Below are positions 1 to 8,870 of a DNA stretch of 64,000 nt, piece after piece. The stretch's first letter is position 1. The number at the start of each line of letters is the position of its first letter. A program made the translations under genes and the position numbers. Below the pieces are notes generated by a model. The model was not told where the DNA came from. It ran no database searches and saw only the letters and a list, made by a program, of their open reading frames with translations. The DNA is from Nitrospinales bacterium (GTDB lineage Bacteria; Nitrospinota; Nitrospinia; Nitrospinales; VA-1): positions 2,258,236-2,322,235 of the forward strand of contig OZ252246.1 in the NCBI GenBank assembly GCA_965249625.1, given 5' to 3'.

Positions 1-1
1 C

Positions 2-535
2 TTCCTGACTATCATCATTAAAACGCTGTTTTTCCCGCTGACCCATAAAAGCTTCAAGTCCATGAAGGGGATGCAGAAGGTTCAGCCTTATGTAAAAATC
101 ATCCAGGAAAGAAATAAAGATGACCGGCAGAAAATGAATGAAGAACTGCTGGAACTGTACAAAAAACACAAAGTGAATCCGGTTGGCGGTTGTCTGCCCA
201 TGCTGCTGCAGATTCCCGTATTCATCGCCCTCTACCACGCGCTGTTCTTTTCCATCGAGCTTCGCGGCGCCCCGTTCATCGGCTGGATCACCGACCTTTC
301 CGTCGCCGACCCCTACTACGTTTATCCCGTACTCATGGGCGCTACTATGTTCGTGCAACAAAAGTTGACCCCATCGATGGGCGACCCCATGCAACAGAAA
401 ATCATGATGTTTCTCCCCATCGTGTTCACCTTCCTGTTCATCTCATTCCCATCCGGACTCGTCATCTACTGGACCGTCAACAATATCCTGACCATCTCCC
501 AGCAATACTACATCTACCACGTCGCCAAAGACTAG
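2..535 (+). CDS. yidC: Membrane protein insertase YidC, C-terminal part (5' end outside window)
   Basis: ORF 62..535 remains open in the same frame back to nt 2; YidC/Oxa1 core motifs [20 protein letters not shown] and [19 protein letters not shown]; mnmE follows, a common arrangement. Confidence 0.9.
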   Translation, partial: FLTIIIKTLFFPLTHKSFKSMKGMQKVQPYVKIIQERNKDDRQKMNEELLELYKKHKVNPVGGCLPMLLQIPVFIALYHALFFSIELRGAPFIGWITDLSVADPYYVYPVLMGATMFVQQKLTPSMGDPMQQKIMMFLPIVFTFLFISFPSGLVIYWTVNNILTISQQYYIYHVAKD

Positions 536-655
536 CGGCCAGCGTAACGCTGGAGTCAGTGTGCAATGGCTGTCTTTGGCTAACGAAAAGTTATCTCGGC
601 TTAATCAAGCCTGTGCTAATTGCCTCACCTGCTAAGGGGTGTTAAGGTCATTGAT

Positions 656-2032
656 ATGAACGATACCATTACAGCTATCGCCACGCCGCCCGGCGAAGGG
701 GGCATCGGCATCATCCGCATAAGCGGGAAGGACGCTTTAGCCATTGCCTCAAACCTGTTTCATCCGGCCATGGGCGAAGCCCTTAAAGAACCTGAGCCCC
801 AGAAGGTTTTGTTTGGCGAGGTGCGCGATCCCGAATCTGAGCAGTGCATCGATCAGGTTCTCCTCACTTTTTTTAAAGGACCCAAAAGTTATACCGCCGA
901 AGATGTCATCGAGATCAGCGCCCACGGTGGGACATGGATCACCTCACGAATCCTCGAACTAGTTTTGGGGCAAGGGGCACGGTTGGCAGAACCGGGGGAA
1001 TTCACCCGCCGCGCGTTCACCAACGGCAAACTCGACCTGACCCAGGCCGAAGCCGTCGCTGATGTCATCGACTCCGCCTCCGACAAAGCTTTAAGTTCCG
1101 CACTGGCACAACTCAAAGGCGGACTCTCCCGCAGACTCAACACCCTGCACGAAACCCTGCTCAACGCCCAGGCTCAACTGGAAGCGGCAATAGATTTCTC
1201 AGAAGACGGCCTCACCTTCCAGTCACGCGAAGCCACACAAAACCAAATTCTAACAGTTGAAAACGAATTAAGAACACTGGTTCATTCTTTTCGGCAGGGA
1301 CGGATTTATCGGGAAGGAATGCGCGTCGCTCTGGCCGGCAAACCCAATGTCGGGAAATCCAGCCTGCTCAACGCGCTTTTGCGGGAAGATCGCGCCATTG
1401 TCACCGCCTACGCGGGAACCACCCGCGACACCCTCGAAGAACGCGCCCGCATCAAAGACATCCATATCATTATCATCGACTCCGCCGGACTGCGCGACAA
1501 CCCGGAAGTGATCGAAGAAGAAGGCATCGAAAGAACCCGGCTGGCTCTAGAAAAAGCCGACCTCGTACTGGTCGTGTTCGACCAATCCGAACCCCTTGAC
1601 GATAACGACAAACTGCTGATGAATGAAGTGGGAGAAAAACCCCGGCTTGTGGTGCTCAACAAATCTGACCTCCCGGCCTCCTGGACACCGGAACAACTCA
1701 AAGAATTTTTCGCAGAAGAAAAACCGATTGCTCTATCCGCCAAAACTCTTGAGGGATTCGATTCTTTAGAAGAAGCGCTCTACCAGAAAGCCACCGGAGG
1801 AGAACGCACTACAGAATCCATCGTCATCACCCGCGAACGCCATCGCGATCACCTGCAACAAGCCGCCGAAGCCCTGCAACAAGCCAGCGAAAGCCTCACC
1901 GACGGACTCTCCGAAGAACTCATCGCCGTCGATGTCACTCTGGCAATGGAACACCTGGGCTCCGTGCTCGGTAAAACCTTTGAAGAAGACCTACTCGATA
2001 AAATCTTCGGTCAATTTTGTATCGGCAAATAG
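656..2032 (+). CDS. mnmE: tRNA uridine-5-carboxymethylaminomethyl modification GTPase MnmE (TrmE)
   Basis: N-terminus MNDTITAIATPPGEGGIGIIRISG, G-domain GKPNVGKSSLLNAL, DSAGLR, and C-terminal FCIGK are MnmE hallmarks; ATG at 656 preferred over the TTG at 620. Confidence 0.92.
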   Translation: MNDTITAIATPPGEGGIGIIRISGKDALAIASNLFHPAMGEALKEPEPQKVLFGEVRDPESEQCIDQVLLTFFKGPKSYTAEDVIEISAHGGTWITSRILELVLGQGARLAEPGEFTRRAFTNGKLDLTQAEAVADVIDSASDKALSSALAQLKGGLSRRLNTLHETLLNAQAQLEAAIDFSEDGLTFQSREATQNQILTVENELRTLVHSFRQGRIYREGMRVALAGKPNVGKSSLLNALLREDRAIVTAYAGTTRDTLEERARIKDIHIIIIDSAGLRDNPEVIEEEGIERTRLALEKADLVLVVFDQSEPLDDNDKLLMNEVGEKPRLVVLNKSDLPASWTPEQLKEFFAEEKPIALSAKTLEGFDSLEEALYQKATGGERTTESIVITRERHRDHLQQAAEALQQASESLTDGLSEELIAVDVTLAMEHLGSVLGKTFEEDLLDKIFGQFCIGK

Positions 2033-2106
2033 CGGCTAGGCGCAGGGCCAGTGAGAAACCAGCGAGCCGCCGCGGGTAAATAACCCCATAGCAGGTAGAA
2101 TACAAA

Positions 2107-2141
2107 GCCTGGGAACCGAGGTGGTTCCCAGGCTTTTGTTT
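2107..2141. terminator. Rho-independent terminator between convergent mnmE and EF-hand gene
   Basis: Perfect 11-bp stem GCCTGGGAACC (2107-2117) / GGTTCCCAGGC (2123-2133), 5-nt loop, followed by TTTTGTTT. Confidence 0.6.
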
Positions 2142-2143
2142 GA

Positions 2144-2614
2144 TCAAACAGTCTCGTTGATATTTTTATAATAAGATGCAATTTCTCGAAAGCTAAGTTC
2201 CCCGCTATCGTCCTGATCTATTTCGGCAAAGTTTTCCAACAGCTTTGCGCCACGCCCCGTTCTGTCTATCAAGGCCTGTAATTCATCGGTGTCCACCCCT
2301 CCACTGTCGTTCTGGTCGACCTTGTTGAACAATCGATGCGCCGAATGATCCTGGTTATGCAATGCTTTAAGTTCCCTGAAACTGATTTCCCCACTTCCAT
2401 CCTTATCCACTCTGTCAAAGTTTTCCAATAACTTTGTGCCTCGCCCTGTTTTGTCGATCAAGGCTTGGATTTCATCAGGGTCCAATCCCCCACTGTCGTT
2501 CTGATCAATTCGATTGAACAACACATGTGCCGGTTTGTGATTCTCTCTGTCAAGTGAGATGTCTCGAGTTTGCGCAAAGCTCTGTGGATTAAAACCACCA
2601 AGGCCTTCAATCAT
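2144..2614 (-). CDS. EF-hand calcium-binding protein (4 EF-hand loops, internal duplication)
   Basis: Four DxDxSG loops (DQNDSGGLDPDE, DKDGSGEISFRE, DQNDSGGVDTDE, DQDDSGELSFRE); ATG at 2614 has a GGAGG 5 nt upstream, preferred over the GTG at 2653. Confidence 0.8.
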   Translation of the reverse strand: MIEGLGGFNPQSFAQTRDISLDRENHKPAHVLFNRIDQNDSGGLDPDEIQALIDKTGRGTKLLENFDRVDKDGSGEISFRELKALHNQDHSAHRLFNKVDQNDSGGVDTDELQALIDRTGRGAKLLENFAEIDQDDSGELSFREIASYYKNINETV

Positions 2615-3291
2615 TTTAACCTCCTGTCTTAAGTTGGGATTCGGGTCCCCCACTGCCCCATAAATCCTTAATTATTAACAGTGGTCTGATCGGCAGGTTA
2701 AGCAGAAAAATAATGGGGGCTTGGCTGAAAGGAATATTGGGAAATGGCTGAATTTCCGCCTCCCCCGGTGCCCCAAAAAAATCCAGCCAGGGAAAAATTT
2801 TCACCCCTCCTTTACCCATAACGGCCCATGCTTTACCCATTATGGCCCACCAAAAATTAATCTCCCCACGACAGCACGCGAGGCACCCGCGAAAAACATT
2901 GATTTTTAAAGACTAATCAGGGCATTGCCCAGATCGATTTTTTTGGCATTCATATTGCTCTAAATATCCGTATTCCCGCCACAGGGCGCGGGTTTCAAGG
3001 TGGGAGCTCAGCCGAATTCCTAGGTGGATTTCAGCAGAACTCCTGTTTGTTTGAAGTGGGCCGCATATATTCAAAAATCTTTTGTTTTCAGGTCAACCTT
3101 TTTGTCTCTGCTGCGTTTTAAATAGTGAAAGGAGGAATTTGTTTTGAATTCTTTTAACAACAATGCAAACGAATCTGACACCTCCACTGGAAACACTGGT
3201 GATATTCCAATCGAGGAAAAGAAAGATTCGACCAAAAACAATAGCGAGTTGATGGCAGAGTTTTTTGGAATCACTCCAGGTGGAGACGAGG

Positions 3292-4002
3292 ATGACAGTG
3301 AAGAATCTTAACCAGATGGTGACGAAAATAAATTTAGTGCTACCCAAAACCATAAAAATTATTATTGCGGATAACCGCACCATTATCAGAAGTTGCATTT
3401 CTCATTTATTGAAAAACGGTGGCATGAACATCGAGGTCGCAGGGGAAACCTCGGATGGCTGGCAATTACTCAAACTGGTTGCCACTACTGAATGCGACCT
3501 GGTTCTGATAGATCCCATGATGCCCGGCCCCAGCACGCTCGACATTATTAAAAATATGAAAATTGAGTTTAAAAATGTTTCCGTATTGGTTTCAACCAGC
3601 TATTCGGAGATGGATTTTATCATTCGATGTTTTAAGGCAGGCGCAAAAGGCTATTTTTTAAATACCGGTTCGATTGAACATTTGATAGATGTCATTAAAA
3701 GAATTTACCGGGGCGAAACAGTCATCCCTCCTGATGTATCAAAAAGAATGGCCATGACCAACCTGGGCCATAAACCTCAAATGCAATTGGCCCACGAGAT
3801 CTTATCCGACCGCGAACTCGAAGTCATGTGCCTGATGGCATCGGGAAAAGGTCTGACCGACGTAGCTCAAGTTCTGAGCTTAAGCCCTAAAACAATCAGC
3901 ACTCACAGGAACAACGTCATGAAAAAAATGGGCTGGCAGAACAACGCAGAAATGATGTTCTATGCGATTCGAAAAGGCCTGATAAAAGAAGAACTGCTGT
4001 AA
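3292..4002 (+). CDS. NarL/FixJ (LuxR-type) response regulator
   Basis: Receiver domain (KIIIADN, LVLIDPMMPG, KAGAKGY) plus C-terminal LuxR HTH (LSDRELEVMCLMASGKGLTDVAQVLSLSPKTISTHRNNVMKKMG); start uncertain (TTG 3265 or ATG 3292). Confidence 0.85.
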   Translation: MTVKNLNQMVTKINLVLPKTIKIIIADNRTIIRSCISHLLKNGGMNIEVAGETSDGWQLLKLVATTECDLVLIDPMMPGPSTLDIIKNMKIEFKNVSVLVSTSYSEMDFIIRCFKAGAKGYFLNTGSIEHLIDVIKRIYRGETVIPPDVSKRMAMTNLGHKPQMQLAHEILSDRELEVMCLMASGKGLTDVAQVLSLSPKTISTHRNNVMKKMGWQNNAEMMFYAIRKGLIKEELL

Positions 4003-4216
4003 CACCCCACCTGAAATCTCCACCAATTCTGCATCGACCAATAGCGGCGAGCCGCCCACTCGGCGTGGGGCCGATGAAAATGATGTGCGGAAATTAACCT
4101 TAAAAGCCCCTCTTTCAAAAGAAAAATTCGGAAAAACCTTGCTTTTTCTTAATCGGAATCTTATTTACACTCCAAGGCCAACTTCTATAAAATCCTAAAC
4201 GAGCAGCAATCTAAAA

Positions 4217-4417
4217 ATGAAAAAAGACACAAATTCAAGCGTTTCACCAACCGTCTCACAAGTAATTGACCAGTTCATTACGGCCATGCGCGCAGATGAT
4301 GGAATTGAAAACGGCTCTATTGACAGACTTGAGGAAATTTTGCGAAAAAATACCGTCCCTAAACCTGATGAAATTAGCACAGCGTTATTCGATCCCTCAA
4401 CCGGGAGTGAGGCATGA
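4217..4417 (+). CDS. Small acidic hypothetical protein (66 aa), translationally coupled to the downstream ATPase
   Basis: ORF stop overlaps the ATPase start in ATGA (4414-4417); no recognisable domain and no clear SD, so coding status is tentative. Confidence 0.4.
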   Translation: MKKDTNSSVSPTVSQVIDQFITAMRADDGIENGSIDRLEEILRKNTVPKPDEISTALFDPSTGSEA

Positions 4418-6885
4418 TCCGCGTCAAGGCCATCCATATAGAGGAGTTTCGCGGCATCCGCAGCCTTGACCTAGAACTGGGTGCCAAAAATTTTGGAATC
4501 TGTGGCCCCAATGGAACTGGAAAGAGCGGAGTTGTAGATGCCATAGAATTCTGCATCACAGGCGATGTAACTCGCTTGTCGGGAGAGGGAAGCTTAGGCC
4601 TCAGCGTTAAAGCCCACGCTCCGCATGTTGACCAGAGCAGCCATCCCGAACTATCGAGTGTCACGATTACAGCAGACATTCCTTCACTTGGAAAATTGGT
4701 AAAGATTCATCGATCAGTGAAGAACCCCCGGAAGTTTGAAGTCACTCCCAATGATGCAGACGTTAAGGCCATTATTGAAGAACTGCAAACGCATCCTGAG
4801 TTTGCACTGTCTCGCCGCGAAATCATCAAGTACATCATCACCCCTCCCGGCAAACGATCCGAGGAAGTTCAAACCCTCCTGCGCCTCGAACATATCGAGA
4901 AGCTGCGAAAATCACTAACTACCTTTTGCAATAACCAGAAAGGTGAAGCAGAGGAAGCTGACCGTGCGTTCTCAATGGCCGAAGCAGAATTAAAAAATGC
5001 ATTCCAAATCGACGAGCTTACAGACACCATACTTCTAAAAAAGGTTAATGAAAAACGTGAGATTTTAGGCCTACAAACTCTTTCAGAGTTGTGCAAGGAC
5101 ACTTCATTTAAAACTGGAGTAACTGAATCTCAGGGGGTACCGAAAAAACCAATATTAAAAAAGGTCGAGGCTCTTGCCGACCTTTCAGCTTTACATTCAG
5201 CGATTAATAAAGAAGAACCTTCTGACCTTGTTAAGAACCGACAATTTGCTAAAACTGCCTTGGAAAAACTAAAGAGCGATGAAAAAGCTTTAATGCTGGC
5301 TCGGCAGCAGGGATTCATAAAAATGGGTCTTGATCTCATAACAGAAAACAATTGCCCTCTTTGCGATAGCGAATGGGATGCAGATAAGCTGCGTGAGCAT
5401 TTGCGGGAGAAGCTGCTTAGTGCAAAGGAAATCGAGGAACTTATGAGGCAACTTCAAGACAATATTAATGGCCTCCTTCAACCATTGTCCGAACGCATAC
5501 AAGCAGTTGAGCGAGCGATAAAGTACAGCCAAAGCCTTCAACCCCCTATTGATAAAACCGAACTTTCAAATTATCTCAATGCACTCAAAAAGTTGGAAAC
5601 AGAGCTCACCAACTTTTTGAAAGACCGGATACAGATCAAAACTGCCATTGAAGCTGTCTCAAATTCGTGGTGGTTGCCAAAGACTGAACAAAATAGCCAA
5701 ATTGAGGAATGCCTAAAGGCCGTTAAAGCTTTGCCAGATACGTCAGCCGAGGACAAAGCTCAAGATATTCTAATCGTCGCGCAGGAGCGCTACGAAAAGC
5801 TTTTAAGCAACAAAACAACTGCAGATAAAAAGAAAGACTGCAGGCTGATAGCACAAAATGTACTTGATCACTACAATAAAAGTCGCACCAGTGTATTAGA
5901 AGGTATCTACGATAAAGTAACCACAGATTTTATAAACTACTATCGCGTCATCAACAGCGATGACGAACAAAAGTTTATTGGCAAGCTCACGTCAGAACCT
6001 GCGAAACTGAGTTTTGATGTGGATTTTTATGGTCGTGGCCTCTTTCCACCAGGTGCGTATCATAGTGAAGGCCATCAAGACGGCATGGGCCTTTGCCTCT
6101 ATTTGGCACTAATGAAACATACCCTTGGAAATAATTTCACATTTGCAGTTCTCGATGATGTACTTATGTCGATCGACACTGGTCACCGCCGAGATGTCTG
6201 CCGCCTATTGAAATCAGAATTTCCAAATACACAATTCATTCTCACGACTCACGACCGTGTTTGGCTCCAGTATATGAAAACTGAGGGCCTCATTAACCAG
6301 AGCAAATCATTTGGTGGATGGACAGTCGATACAGGCCCAAGAGTTTGGGATGATAAAGATATTTGGACAGAGATTCAAAGCGAGCTCGGCAAGAATGATG
6401 TTGCCAAGGCAGCCTGGTTATTACGACGTTACCTTGAATTCTCAGCTAACATCCTTGCTGATAATCTTCGAGCCAAAATAGAGTTCAGAGGCGATGGCAA
6501 TTACGACCTTGGAGACCTATTACCAAACGTTCTTAAGGAATGGCAGGCGTGGCTTTTGAAAGGGGAAAAATCTGCCGAATATTGGGATCGAAAAGAGGAA
6601 AAGGAATTAATTGCCAAGAAGCGTGCCACAACAAAGGAATTAATTGCAAAAGCAAGTGTAGAACAATGGGCCATTAACCCGTCTGTTCATTTCAATGAAT
6701 GGGCGAATCTCCAGTGCCATGAGATGCAGGAGGTTGTTGACGCATTCAGGAACCTACTTGAGCAAATGCGCTGCCAGAACTCGAACTGTAAATCGCACCT
6801 TCACATTTTGCCACGCAAAAACGATGCCGAATTAATGTGCTGCAATTGTGGTGAAACCAGTATCAATTTAAAAACAAGTAAATAA
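4414..6885 (+). CDS. Rad50/SMC-like ABC ATPase with coiled-coil CxxC zinc hook and C-terminal zinc ribbon (RloC/PrrC-like)
   Basis: Walker A GPNGTGKSG; long helical insert with CPLC (nt 5353-5364); signature-like HSEGHQDG; Walker B FAVLDDVLMSID; H-loop ILTTHD; C-terminal LRRYLE ... NPSVHFNEW and CQNSNC...CCNCG; GAGG SD before the ATG. Confidence 0.8.
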   Translation: MIRVKAIHIEEFRGIRSLDLELGAKNFGICGPNGTGKSGVVDAIEFCITGDVTRLSGEGSLGLSVKAHAPHVDQSSHPELSSVTITADIPSLGKLVKIHRSVKNPRKFEVTPNDADVKAIIEELQTHPEFALSRREIIKYIITPPGKRSEEVQTLLRLEHIEKLRKSLTTFCNNQKGEAEEADRAFSMAEAELKNAFQIDELTDTILLKKVNEKREILGLQTLSELCKDTSFKTGVTESQGVPKKPILKKVEALADLSALHSAINKEEPSDLVKNRQFAKTALEKLKSDEKALMLARQQGFIKMGLDLITENNCPLCDSEWDADKLREHLREKLLSAKEIEELMRQLQDNINGLLQPLSERIQAVERAIKYSQSLQPPIDKTELSNYLNALKKLETELTNFLKDRIQIKTAIEAVSNSWWLPKTEQNSQIEECLKAVKALPDTSAEDKAQDILIVAQERYEKLLSNKTTADKKKDCRLIAQNVLDHYNKSRTSVLEGIYDKVTTDFINYYRVINSDDEQKFIGKLTSEPAKLSFDVDFYGRGLFPPGAYHSEGHQDGMGLCLYLALMKHTLGNNFTFAVLDDVLMSIDTGHRRDVCRLLKSEFPNTQFILTTHDRVWLQYMKTEGLINQSKSFGGWTVDTGPRVWDDKDIWTEIQSELGKNDVAKAAWLLRRYLEFSANILADNLRAKIEFRGDGNYDLGDLLPNVLKEWQAWLLKGEKSAEYWDRKEEKELIAKKRATTKELIAKASVEQWAINPSVHFNEWANLQCHEMQEVVDAFRNLLEQMRCQNSNCKSHLHILPRKNDAELMCCNCGETSINLKTSK

Positions 6886-6950
6886 CTTGAATAGAAATAA
6901 AAAATTTATGGCTAGTCGGCCCCACGCCTAGTGGGCGGCCACGTGGCCGC

Positions 6951-8762
6951 TCAGACCATGCCGATGGCGGTGTGTTGCATTTGTTGGCGTTGTTCTTCGG
7001 TGACTTCGAGTTGCGGTAGGTGGTTGGACCCATATTTGTCGATGTAGAGGAAGATGTATTCGCGGACACAGGTTCTCAGGTCCCATTTTGTGTTGTGGTT
7101 GCGCTCGAACTCATCAAACACATTCAGCGCATCTTGAATGCTGAGTCCACCTTTGGTGGTGAAGTAGTAGTCGAGGGCCAGATCCCATTCCGGATTTTTG
7201 TAAAAGGTGATGCCGTATTTTTCCGGCTCAAACGCAACGGGACTGTACTTGCCTAAAACGAAGGTCATGAATCCGAGTGAGTGGATGTGGGCCGAGTTTT
7301 TCTCGACGAAGGCTTTACTGTCATCGGCTTCTTCCGAGGTTTCACCGGGGAAACCGAAGAACCCCATCAGGTGATTCCAGATGCCTGCTTCGGATGACAT
7401 GCGGAGATTAGTTTCGATGGCGTCCAGATTGGTGGCTTTATCCATGAGCTTTAAAACCCGCTGGTTGCCGGACTCGTAACCGAAGTGCAGATATTTGCAA
7501 CCCGATTCGGCAACATCTTTCCAGACTTGTTCATCCAATAGGGATTCTTCAAACCGCATATGCGTGGTCCAGGCGATATCGAGTTTATCGTCGATCAAGC
7601 GGCGCGAAAGTTTCTGGAACAGTGCCGGGGGATAGGACTCATCGGTGAAATGGAAAAACCGGGTGCCGTATTTTTCTTTGAGGTGCTTGATTTCATCGGT
7701 GATCTGGTCGACCTGCTTGGTGCGGAACCCTTCGACGTAACCTTGAAAATGGTCGCAGAAAGTGCAACGCCCCCAATAACACCCCCTTGTCGCGAGGTAG
7801 GGCAGGATGAGATGCGGCACGAAATACTTTCCCAGCGGTAAACCATCAAAGTCCGGTGGCGGCAACTCGGCCAAATTTTCGGCACAGACTTCTTTGTTCG
7901 TGTGAATGCCACTATCGTCTTTGTAGATCAGGTTGGGGAGTTGGGAAAAATCGCCGCCCTCTTTCACCGTTTCGGTCAGTTTCAGATAGGCTGACTCGCC
8001 TTCATAAACCACCGCCGTGTCGAACCATTCCCATAGCCCTTGCATTTCCGGCAGGGTGTCGCGGATGCGGGTGATGATGTTTCCACCCAGGGTGATATGC
8101 GTTCCGGGAAACTCTTCCTTAATCATTTTGCAGAAGGTGAAGGTGGCGATAAGTTGTTTCTGTTGCACCACAGAAATGCCGACCATTGCCGGACGCTCGC
8201 GTTCCATCACCGGACGGATCAGCATGCGATAAACATCGCGGTAAATATTGATCTGGTCGTCATCGACCGCTTCCAGAATTTCTGAGGACATGAACGGTTT
8301 GTAAACGATGTCGGTCTCAATGGGTGGAAAACAGATTTGCGCCGGATAATAGCCAAGCGAAACCGCTGCCATAACCTGATGCAGGCAATTCGTCGCCCAC
8401 TCCAACTGGTCGATATCGTAAAACGCCTTGCCGCGCAGGATGCCCTTGGCCCTTTCGACATCCGTGGAAAATTGTTGAAACAGTTCCGGGGTGCAGGTGA
8501 TGAGCTTTTGCATCAACTCCTGCTCTTCCTCATCGAGGTTGCCTTCTTTTTCCTTGTCCTGGAGACAGCTGAGTTCGCTGGCAATGCGTTGCGCGACATG
8601 TTCCAAAAACCGGGAACTGAAAAACAGGTCATACATCTCGACGTTGACATCCAGCTGCGAAACGTCGTGACCTGCCGGGCGCAGAACTGAAGCCAGTGAC
8701 GGCAGGCTCAGGTAGGGCTCGGAAGGTAACCAGTCAGGGGGGAATATGAGTAATGTTTTCAT
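6951..8762 (-). CDS. B12-binding domain-containing radical SAM protein (paralog 1)
   Basis: N-terminal B12-binding-like MKTLLIFPPDWLPSEPYLSLPSL; cluster motif RGCYWGRCTFC; 603 aa; paralogous to the neighbouring gene. Confidence 0.85.
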   Translation of the reverse strand: MKTLLIFPPDWLPSEPYLSLPSLASVLRPAGHDVSQLDVNVEMYDLFFSSRFLEHVAQRIASELSCLQDKEKEGNLDEEEQELMQKLITCTPELFQQFSTDVERAKGILRGKAFYDIDQLEWATNCLHQVMAAVSLGYYPAQICFPPIETDIVYKPFMSSEILEAVDDDQINIYRDVYRMLIRPVMERERPAMVGISVVQQKQLIATFTFCKMIKEEFPGTHITLGGNIITRIRDTLPEMQGLWEWFDTAVVYEGESAYLKLTETVKEGGDFSQLPNLIYKDDSGIHTNKEVCAENLAELPPPDFDGLPLGKYFVPHLILPYLATRGCYWGRCTFCDHFQGYVEGFRTKQVDQITDEIKHLKEKYGTRFFHFTDESYPPALFQKLSRRLIDDKLDIAWTTHMRFEESLLDEQVWKDVAESGCKYLHFGYESGNQRVLKLMDKATNLDAIETNLRMSSEAGIWNHLMGFFGFPGETSEEADDSKAFVEKNSAHIHSLGFMTFVLGKYSPVAFEPEKYGITFYKNPEWDLALDYYFTTKGGLSIQDALNVFDEFERNHNTKWDLRTCVREYIFLYIDKYGSNHLPQLEVTEEQRQQMQHTAIGMV

Positions 8763-8870
8763 TTTTTAAGCACTGTCTTAATTCATCCAAAACTTTTCTT
8801 AAAGGCAATTCGCTGTCCCTGTTTTAAAAACAGGGCCGCTCATGGCCAAAATTAATTTTTCAAGGCACAT

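Noticed and set aside
183-645. ORFs 183..368 and 190..645 overlapping yidC in other frames
   Set aside because: They are alternative-frame ORFs inside a well-supported yidC frame, and their translations are low-complexity Pro/Arg/Ser-rich.
4051-6939. Inverted 24-bp repeats as terminal inverted repeats of a mobile cassette carrying the RloC-like ATPase
   Set aside because: - The same hairpin motif occurs after unrelated genes at 20655-20671 and 30521-30538.
- No transposase lies between the repeats.
- No target duplication is visible.
- A general REP family explains it better.
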